62,915 bases of DNA from Candidatus Parvarchaeum sp. Its GTDB lineage: Archaea > Nanobdellota > Nanobdellia > Parvarchaeales > Parvarchaeaceae. The notes under the pieces were generated by a model. That model was not told where the DNA came from, searched no databases, and saw only the letters and a list, made by a program, of their open reading frames with translations. The stretch is taken from positions 1-62,915 of the forward strand of contig JBMFWF010000005.1 of the NCBI GenBank assembly GCA_049965555.1. Direction: 5' to 3'. Position numbers and translations under genes: made by a program. Every line of letters begins with the position of its first letter. The first letter of the stretch is position 1. Positions 49,096 through 56,485 of the stretch are shown piece after piece.

Positions 49096-49117
49096 AACTA
49101 CATATTAATTATTTTGA

Positions 49118-49191
49118 GGGGTGGTGATCTAGCTTGGTATGATGCTAGCTTCGGGGGTTAGTTGACCTGGGTTCAAATCCCAGCCACCCCA
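49118..49191 (+). tRNA. tRNA-Pro(CGG)
   Basis: GGGGTGG/CCACCCC acceptor, CTAGC-TTCGGGG-GTTAG, CTGGG-TTCAAAT-CCCAG. Confidence 0.94.
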
Positions 49192-49412
49192 ATTATTTAG
49201 TTTTGCATCTATCAAAAGACCTTAAAATATGTTTTAAATCTGCAGTACATCTCTAGATCTAACTAGCTCGTTTATGATGTTTTATGTAAAGTTTTCAATA
49301 TAAATTTATAGATATCCCCCTGAAATAACTGTATAAAAAATTATTATAGACAAATAGAAATAGTGCAAGAAGTCAAGCCAAAACATTTAAATAAAAAAAA
49401 CATAAATTAGAC

Positions 49413-50900
49413 ATGCATAAACTCTCAAAAAGCAGGCGTTCCCAGTCAGCATTGGAATACATGATGACCTACGGCTGGGCTATTCTAATTATAGTAATAG
49501 TAGCAGTTATCCTATACAGCATGGGTATCTTCAACCCAAGTTCCAGTGTAACATTCACAAGCAGTGGCTTTAGTCCATTTACAGTATCCTCTACGATATG
49601 TAGCCAGGCAGGATTAAAAATAGCAGTAAAGTTAGGGGGTTTGCCAGATACCGCGTCAGCAGCTACAATAACTGCAATATACTTTTCATCTAATACAGGA
49701 ACTACAGCTTCTACAGGAAAGCTATATAATATAACTCCTGTGACTTTATCTCCCGGTGACTCAGCCGTAATAATAGTCCCCACAGTTGCCTGTACATCAG
49801 CAGGTTCTTCATTTTCCTTATCTGCTAAATTACAGTACAGTTTTTCAACAGCGGCAGGAAATGTAATTACAAATTCTAGTGGTACTGTTACAGGCAAATC
49901 ATCCTCACAACCAATAACCGCATATGTTCCATTAACAATAACTTCTTCCTCCAGTACTTCAAACCCCTTCCAGCAAATGGTAATAGTTAATATGAGCAAA
50001 TACAATACATATGCTTCTTCCAATCTGGATAACATAGAGTTTACCTACCAAAACGGTACAATAATCCCAAGTTGGAGAGAAAATGGCACAAGCAACAATC
50101 AAGTTGTTGTTTACTGGCTTAAATTAGGCAGTTTTAACAGTGTAACAGCCCATATGGACTTCTTCTCCCCATCTTCTAATGTACTAAATACAGTAAACAC
50201 GGGAGAAGCACCACAACTATCATGTCCTAATCCAAATAATGTAGTAACTTGTTCAACTTACGCAGAGTATGATAACGGTATGAATATTTTCAATTACTAC
50301 CAAAATTTTAAAGGAGATTATTACCCTGCTGGATGGACCACTAATGATTCTGATACAACTAAATATGTTCAAGTGCATAATGGTTTTACAATAGATTACA
50401 GTCCGAATGGAGTTGGGGTTGAATTTTATTACAATAAAGAAAATTTTTCTTTACCTGCTGTTCTTGATTGGAATGGGAATTATATTTCAAATCCTACTCG
50501 TTATTGTGGATGGACAATATTAGGATGGTATAACATTACTCCTAGTTATGGCGAAAGTGCTGGATGGGCTCAATGGCAAAATTCTCCAATTTCCTGGAAG
50601 TATTATCAATATGGAAACGTTAGTCAGGCGGCTAGCAATTTTTATAATAGCACTGCATTAATAGGAGGTACAGATGTTTTTTCTCTTATCAATACCTTGA
50701 CAAAAATGAGCTACTTGCTTAATTACACTCCGGAATTAAATGTGAATCCTGAGAGTACACCTTTAAAAACAATCCTTTTTAGAAATGGAGGAGGTTGCGG
50801 CCCCGTAAGTGGAAGCGAAGTGAATGTAACTTGGGTGGATATACGAACATATCCGCCAAACGGGGTTATGCCATCAGTGACATTTGGCAGTGTTTCTTAG
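49413..50900 (+). CDS. Type IV pilin-like surface protein (class III signal peptide) with DUF2341-like domain
   Basis: RRS|QSALEYMMTYGWAILIIVIV; S/T-rich pilin domain; PFQQM...NIEF...G..IPSW.E...YWLK; C-terminal R.YPPNGVMP. Confidence 0.85.
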   Translation: MHKLSKSRRSQSALEYMMTYGWAILIIVIVAVILYSMGIFNPSSSVTFTSSGFSPFTVSSTICSQAGLKIAVKLGGLPDTASAATITAIYFSSNTGTTASTGKLYNITPVTLSPGDSAVIIVPTVACTSAGSSFSLSAKLQYSFSTAAGNVITNSSGTVTGKSSSQPITAYVPLTITSSSSTSNPFQQMVIVNMSKYNTYASSNLDNIEFTYQNGTIIPSWRENGTSNNQVVVYWLKLGSFNSVTAHMDFFSPSSNVLNTVNTGEAPQLSCPNPNNVVTCSTYAEYDNGMNIFNYYQNFKGDYYPAGWTTNDSDTTKYVQVHNGFTIDYSPNGVGVEFYYNKENFSLPAVLDWNGNYISNPTRYCGWTILGWYNITPSYGESAGWAQWQNSPISWKYYQYGNVSQAASNFYNSTALIGGTDVFSLINTLTKMSYLLNYTPELNVNPESTPLKTILFRNGGGCGPVSGSEVNVTWVDIRTYPPNGVMPSVTFGSVS

Positions 50901-50954
50901 TCTTAATCCAATTATTCTATTGATTTTACCTGGTACGCCAACTTTAAAATTATT

Positions 50955-52115
50955 TTAGGCATTACGTAGGAGCGAAGTAGCAACTATTGATATTATTATG
51001 GTAGCTAGTATTGCTACAGAGTAAACAGCGTTAGTTATAACCCCTATTTCAAATGCAACAGTTGCAATTGCTATCCCCACTGCCCCTCTGCCGTTTATTA
51101 TAGCACTGATTTTTATCCTCCACTGTTTTTTCTTCGTCTTCATAATTTTTTCGGAAGAGAAGTAATTCAGTACTATTGAAAAAGCTATGATTCCAAGCGC
51201 TATAATTATTATTACTGGTAGAAAATTTTCAAGAGAATGGAATGACGCGACATCTATTCCTGCTATGCTGAAGAAAAGAGGTATGAAGAAGCCGTCGTTC
51301 ATTCTTTTTATCGTCTTTCTTACTTTTCTGAACAAAGTCCTTCCTATAAGCCCTTCATGTATTATTAATCCAGCAAAGAAAACACCTATTATGTAGTTTA
51401 TCCCTATCAACTGAGATACTCCTCCAATAAGTAAACCCAGTATTATTATCATTGCATATCCGAAGTGTTCGCTTTTTAGTATCTTTCTTGATTTTTTAAG
51501 CTGAGTTCTCAGCTTCTTTTTTCCTTTGTTAAGTATCTTGTCTACGTTTAAGAATATCAGGAGGAATATTATGAAGTAGATCACCACTAATATTGCATTC
51601 AATGCGCTTTTGTAGGTTAATCCAAGTAGAAGAAATGCTATTACATCTGTGGTGACAACAGAGCCTATGATAGTTACTCCTTTTGGATCTCTTTCAAGTC
51701 TGTATCTCATAACAAGAACCGAAACTATTGATATTGATGGCACTGCTATTGAAAGCGAAACGATGAAATCCTGCCTTAATCCAAAGTGCAATAGAAAAAC
51801 TGAAAGTAATGTGGAAAGAAAAAGAGGCAGTATAAAGCTTGTAATTGACATTTTAATAGAAGGCTTTAGATATTTTATAACCGATTCAGTTTTCATTTCT
51901 ATGCCTAATAAAAAGATTATAAAGAAAAGAGAAAGGGAGGAAAGTGCTTGCAATTCTGTGTTATTTTGTATAAAATTGAAAACAAAAGGACCTACAAGCA
52001 AACCTGCAATAAGGTAACCTACAACCGCTGGAAATTTAAGCTGTTCAAAAAGCTCTCCTACCAGTATTGATACCGATAATACAATTAAAATCTCTATTAT
52101 TATATTTAGTGCCAT
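50955..52115 (-). CDS. Cation:proton antiporter (CPA2/Kef family)
   Basis: P.VVGYLIAGLLVGP, FLLGIE, TD, GFFIPLFF..AG, RG. Confidence 0.9.
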   Translation of the reverse strand: MALNIIIEILIVLSVSILVGELFEQLKFPAVVGYLIAGLLVGPFVFNFIQNNTELQALSSLSLFFIIFLLGIEMKTESVIKYLKPSIKMSITSFILPLFLSTLLSVFLLHFGLRQDFIVSLSIAVPSISIVSVLVMRYRLERDPKGVTIIGSVVTTDVIAFLLLGLTYKSALNAILVVIYFIIFLLIFLNVDKILNKGKKKLRTQLKKSRKILKSEHFGYAMIIILGLLIGGVSQLIGINYIIGVFFAGLIIHEGLIGRTLFRKVRKTIKRMNDGFFIPLFFSIAGIDVASFHSLENFLPVIIIIALGIIAFSIVLNYFSSEKIMKTKKKQWRIKISAIINGRGAVGIAIATVAFEIGVITNAVYSVAILATIIISIVATSLLRNA

Positions 52116-52212
52116 GGTTTTAAATTGTTTTAAACGTATAAAACTATTTTTATACTATTAATAGATTATCAAATAGTAAGCGTTTTATTATAAGCTTATT
52201 TTAAACTATCAT

Positions 52213-52295
52213 GCAGAGGTAGCGAAGCGGTCAAACGTGTAAGGCTAAGGACCTTATGGCTTAGGCCTTCGAGGGTTCAAATCCCTCCCTCTGCA
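52213..52295 (+). tRNA. tRNA-Leu(AAG)
   Basis: Anticodon arm TAAGG-CT AAG GA-CCTTA; 81/83 nt identical to tRNA-Leu(TAG) at 23786-23868. Confidence 0.92.
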
Positions 52296-52344
52296 TTTGT
52301 AATTAAAAAAGTATAAATACTAAGCATCTTTATAAAATAGAATT

Positions 52345-52638
52345 ATGTCAATAACAGGAAACGGTTTGCATAAAAGATCAAGGAAAAGGCTGAAGCTTGA
52401 TATAAAGGAGAGAGGAAAAGTAGATATAAAGAAAGCTTTACAGTCCTTTGAGATAGGGGATAAGGTCATAGTAGACCCGGATTCAAGGGTGCAGAGGAAC
52501 CTCCCGCAGAGGAGCTTTTTTGGTTCAGTTGGAAAAATAGTGGACAAGAAGGGAAAAGCTTATACAGTAGAAGTAAAACAGCAGGGCAAAAACCTTAAAA
52601 GGATAGACCTTTTACCAGTCCATATGAAAAGGCTCTAA
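52345..52638 (+). CDS. rpl21e: 50S ribosomal protein L21e
   Basis: G....SR..L......RG......LQ.F..GDKV.V..D.......P...F.G..G, PVHMK. Confidence 0.93.
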   Translation: MSITGNGLHKRSRKRLKLDIKERGKVDIKKALQSFEIGDKVIVDPDSRVQRNLPQRSFFGSVGKIVDKKGKAYTVEVKQQGKNLKRIDLLPVHMKRL

Positions 52639-52639
52639 T

Positions 52640-52963
52640 ATGGAATACCAAATAATTGATGAAAAGTTTTTAAGTGAAACGGAAGTAAAGGAGAAATACT
52701 TGGATTTTGTAGACAAAGGGTCTGAAATAGGCAAAAAATTACTGGATCATGCACAGAAGAACATAAAAATAGACAATTTCGATAGCGCATTTGAAGAGCT
52801 TTCTGCTTTAAACCTTAACATAAGGGATGATTATTTAAGAATGATAATCGATGTTTCCCCCACTTCTATTGATCAGATAAGGGCAATTATATCCCCTTTA
52901 AAGCTTAATGTTAAGGAAGAGGACTTAAAAGCTATTCTAGCGGTGCTAAAAAAGCATTTATAA
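52640..52963 (+). CDS. rpo4: RNA polymerase subunit Rpo4 (F)
   Basis: IIDEKFLS..EVK, IID..P....IRAI; conserved rpl21e-rpoF-DUF655 synteny. Confidence 0.85.
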   Translation: MEYQIIDEKFLSETEVKEKYLDFVDKGSEIGKKLLDHAQKNIKIDNFDSAFEELSALNLNIRDDYLRMIIDVSPTSIDQIRAIISPLKLNVKEEDLKAILAVLKKHL

Positions 52964-52985
52964 CTTTGAAATAATTCTTTATACT

Positions 52986-53516
52986 ATGGGAAAAGACGAA
53001 TATGCTTATGTTTTAGAATACCTTCCTTTTGGCCTACAGGACTCAAAGGATAGGAAAGCTACTGCTATAGTTCTTACGGATTCATTGGGTCTTTTACTGG
53101 TAGCTCTTAAAAAAGACGTTAAAGTAGAGCCAGGGATGAAGGTCTACATAGGGGAAAACAAGAGAGATGAAGTACATCATATAATTCAGAGGATAACTCC
53201 TGATAAACTGAATGGAAATGGCTTGCAAATGCTTAAAGACAGGATACATGAGATTGTTAGCCAGAACGAATCAAATTACATAAATATAATAAATCGGCTA
53301 GGTCCGATAAACGTTAGACTTCATTCTCTTGCACTTATACCTGGGGCCGGTAAAAAAATGGTCCAAAAAATCATGGAAGAGAGAAGCAAGGGCGAGTTTA
53401 AATCCTATAGTGATTTCGATGATAGAGTAGGCTTTACCTCCGGTATAGCAAAAAGCATAGAAGCAAGAATAGAAGAGGAACTTGAGAATAAGGATAAATA
53501 TAAAATATTCACTTAA
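52986..53516 (+). CDS. DUF655 family RNA-binding protein
   Basis: EYAYVLEYLP.G, VYIG...R, RLHSL.LIPG.GKK, IMEER....F.S..D. Confidence 0.92.
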   Translation: MGKDEYAYVLEYLPFGLQDSKDRKATAIVLTDSLGLLLVALKKDVKVEPGMKVYIGENKRDEVHHIIQRITPDKLNGNGLQMLKDRIHEIVSQNESNYINIINRLGPINVRLHSLALIPGAGKKMVQKIMEERSKGEFKSYSDFDDRVGFTSGIAKSIEARIEEELENKDKYKIFT

Positions 53517-53628
53517 GGGGTTGTAGTCTAACCAGGCAGAATAGGCGGCTCCAGCTTGTCTGGAAAAATGACGCTAAGGATGATTAAGAAGAAACCGCTT
53601 GACCCAGGTTCAAATCCTGGCAACCCCA
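53517..53628 (+). tRNA. tRNA-Trp(CCA) with 39-nt intron at 37/38 (53555-53593)
   Basis: GGGGTTG/CAACCCC acceptor, GGCGG-CT CCA G..A-CCGCT, CCAGG-TTCAAAT-CCTGG; relaxed BHB (CTCC/GAAG, one C-A mismatch). Confidence 0.9.
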
Positions 53629-53764
53629 GGTTTTTATGTCACTGTAAATTTTTGTATTTTTAATACTGAAAAGTTCAATTATTTGCAGATTAAAGATTTA
53701 AATATAAGTTATCTTCTTTAATTAATTTTTAGCAGTTGCTAGATTGTTTGCTTAGAAACTGCAA

Positions 53765-54745
53765 ATGGAAGAAAAAGCATTGACTAACAATGTGATGATG
53801 ATAAGGCCGCATAACTTCGGCTTCAATGAACAGACTGCAAAGACAAACAAATTCCAGAAGAAAACCAATTTTTCAGTTAATTCTCAAGCTTTAAAGGAGT
53901 TTAACAATGCAGTGGAGACACTCCGTGTTAATGGCATAAATGTGTTTGTTTTTGATGATTTAAAGGAAGTCGAAACTCCAGATTCAATATTCCCTAACAA
54001 CTGGATATCCTTTCATTCCGATGGAACTGTAGTTGTTTACCCTATGCTTGCTTTAAATAGGAGAAATGAAAGAAGGGCAGATATAATTAGCAATCTTTCA
54101 ACCATTTATGGTTTCTCCTGTTCAAGAATAATAGATCTTACCAATTACGAAAACGAGAATAAATTCCTAGAAGGCACTGGCAGCTTGGTCCTTGACCGTG
54201 AGAACAGGATAGCTTATTCTTGCCTTTCTGAGAGAACCAATGAGGAGGTATTGAAAAAGTTCTGCAGCGAGATGAAATACAAATCTGTGAAGTTTCATGC
54301 TTATGATGAATCAGGATTCCCAATATACCATACGAATGTAATGATGGCTTTAGGACAAAAATTTGCTATGATCTGTTTAGATTCAATAAAAGACGAAGAA
54401 GAGAGAAAAGCTGTTATCTCGGCCATTAAAGGCTCTGGTAAAACAATAATTGATTTAACTTTTAAACAGATGCTTAATTTTGCAGGAAATGCTTTAGAAT
54501 TATTAGATTCAAACGGAAATAAAAAGTTAGTAATCTCCAAAAAAGCCGCGGATTGCTTATCCGATCAACAGAAAATGGAAATAGAAAAACACTGTGACAT
54601 AATAAGCATAGATGTAAGCACCATTGAGGAATGTGGCGGTGGCAGCATAAGATGCATGCTTGCTGAGATATTCCTGCCTCAGAAAAAAGGGATAAAAACG
54701 ACTGCTAAGAATCCATTTAGGAAAGGCAGATTGAAGCTAAAATAA
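53765..54745 (+). CDS. Amidinotransferase/arginine deiminase-superfamily hydrolase (CtlX-like)
   Basis: MMIRP..FGFN.QTA..N.FQ, TPDSIFPNNW, LEGTGS, YHTNV, GGGSIRCM. Confidence 0.9.
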   Translation: MEEKALTNNVMMIRPHNFGFNEQTAKTNKFQKKTNFSVNSQALKEFNNAVETLRVNGINVFVFDDLKEVETPDSIFPNNWISFHSDGTVVVYPMLALNRRNERRADIISNLSTIYGFSCSRIIDLTNYENENKFLEGTGSLVLDRENRIAYSCLSERTNEEVLKKFCSEMKYKSVKFHAYDESGFPIYHTNVMMALGQKFAMICLDSIKDEEERKAVISAIKGSGKTIIDLTFKQMLNFAGNALELLDSNGNKKLVISKKAADCLSDQQKMEIEKHCDIISIDVSTIEECGGGSIRCMLAEIFLPQKKGIKTTAKNPFRKGRLKLK

Positions 54746-54752
54746 TCTCTAG

Positions 54753-55243
54753 CTATTTCAGTTTTATTCTGCACTTAGTAAAAACCTCCAATGATCTTTT
54801 ATAGAAAATATATATTATAACTATCGATATCAATATTATAAAAGGATCATAATATACAAGTAAAATCTGTGCACTATCATATATTGGTGAGAATGCTGCA
54901 GATCCAAATATAAAAGCAATAAACAAAGGGATCAATACATTACAGCAAAAAGGAGTAACAATAAACTGAAGAATATCGCCCATGTAGTGTTCTTTTTGTT
55001 TCCGTTCTTTCTTGCTTTTATTATGTAATAATTTATTGCTATTATAAAGCTTATCGTGTAGCTGAGCAAAAATGCGCAGATGACATCGAATAAAGGATAA
55101 AAAGAATAGAATAATGCTATGCCTACTTTGTCATGTATAAAAAGGTAAGCGTAAGCAGAGAATATTATAACAGGTATTATTGCAAAAAATTTGTTTTGTT
55201 TTAAAAGGCTATCAAAAATTTTCACTCCTTTAGTATTTTCCAC
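54753..55243 (-). pseudogene. Membrane protein with CC motif, apparently split by a 1-nt frameshift near 54993-54997
   Basis: ORFs 54932-55243 and 54753-54983 overlap in adjacent frames; adding one A to the A5 run gives one 163-aa 4-TM protein containing PFCCNVLIP. Confidence 0.55.
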
Positions 55244-55330
55244 TTCTTTTTATAGTAACAGATTCATAAAAACTTTTTATTTTTGTATTAAATTATTCAA
55301 ATATAAAGGATAACTAATTAATTATCGCAT

Positions 55331-56461
55331 ATGCCAGGAATAGCAGACTTACCATTGCATTATGGCCACGTGCCGGATTACCTATTGAAGACTATGAAGG
55401 CAATGTGCGATTCAATAGTGCATACAATGCTTTATGAATTTGGAGAGGATAAGCTGCTTGAAAGACTTTCGAATCCAATGTGGTTTCAAGCATTAAACAA
55501 TGCCATAGGCATGGATTGGGATTCCAGCGGCTCTACTACTGTTTTGCTTTCTATTTTAAAACAGATAGTAAAGCCGGAAGACGGGATTGCGGTTTTTGGC
55601 GGAAAAGGCAGGGCTTCTCTGTCGATAAAGGACGAGCTTGCAAGCATTAATTCATTCAACATAGAGGCAAATAAACTGATTGAATACAGTACTCTATCAG
55701 CGAAGACAGATTCCGTGCTCCTGCAAGATGGTTATAACTTGTATATACATTATCTTTTAGTATCAAAAAACGGCAAATTGCTTGTTATACAACAGGGCAT
55801 GAACCCCTATACAAAATATGCTAGGAGATATCATTTATTAAATGTGGATAATTTTGAATGCGAGCCCAACTCTGCAATAATAGGCGTAAATGGAACAGCT
55901 TTAAATCTTTTAGACAGAAATGTAATCGAGACAAGGAAAGTCGTACTTGAAGAGATAAACAAGGATAAAGACAAAATAACAAGAGATTACAGCAATGCTA
56001 TTAATGCTTTAAATGGCAATTCAACACTTGAGCTTTTTGAAAATAATGCCGCAGTGTATGGATTTGACCGGTCAAAAAGAATCGATTATTACAAGCCAAT
56101 AAGCATACAACGGCTTAAAAGAAATTTAGACAGGATAAAAAATGAGAGTTTCTCTAGCTTGTCTGATTCGCTTTTAAGCGGATTGACGGCCTCAACCGCA
56201 AGAGGGCTTTACTTAATAGCAGATTTGATTTACAATGAACCTCCCTCTTTTCTAGACCCTGTAAATTATCCTTATGATCCTTTCAAATATGCATTTACAA
56301 TAGGGGGCAAAGACGGTGTGCCATTTCCAGTGAACAAGAAAGTGGCTGAAGAGGTTATAGAGAGCATGAAAAGAATAGTTGTAAATTCAAGAGTAGACGA
56401 TAAAAACAAGAAAAAATCAGTTTATAAATTAGAAAAATTACGTAAACTTACAAATATTTAA
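55331..56461 (+). CDS. DUF763 family protein
   Basis: G.ADLPLH.GHVP, RLS.P.WFQA, GMDWDSSGSTT, QDGY.LY.H, QQGMN....ARRYH, GGKDGVPFPV. Confidence 0.92.
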   Translation: MPGIADLPLHYGHVPDYLLKTMKAMCDSIVHTMLYEFGEDKLLERLSNPMWFQALNNAIGMDWDSSGSTTVLLSILKQIVKPEDGIAVFGGKGRASLSIKDELASINSFNIEANKLIEYSTLSAKTDSVLLQDGYNLYIHYLLVSKNGKLLVIQQGMNPYTKYARRYHLLNVDNFECEPNSAIIGVNGTALNLLDRNVIETRKVVLEEINKDKDKITRDYSNAINALNGNSTLELFENNAAVYGFDRSKRIDYYKPISIQRLKRNLDRIKNESFSSLSDSLLSGLTASTARGLYLIADLIYNEPPSFLDPVNYPYDPFKYAFTIGGKDGVPFPVNKKVAEEVIESMKRIVVNSRVDDKNKKKSVYKLEKLRKLTNI

Positions 56462-56485
56462 ATATAATAAAATTTCAAATATCGG

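Noticed and set aside
49192-49412. Spacer after tRNA-Pro as an ncRNA or att site
   Set aside because: AT-rich, with no convincing stem and no duplicate of the tRNA 3' end found downstream.
23786-52295. The two near-identical tRNA-Leu copies as attL/attR of a 28-kb integrated element
   Set aside because: Both are full-length tRNAs with different anticodons, and the DNA between them is core housekeeping genes with no integrase.
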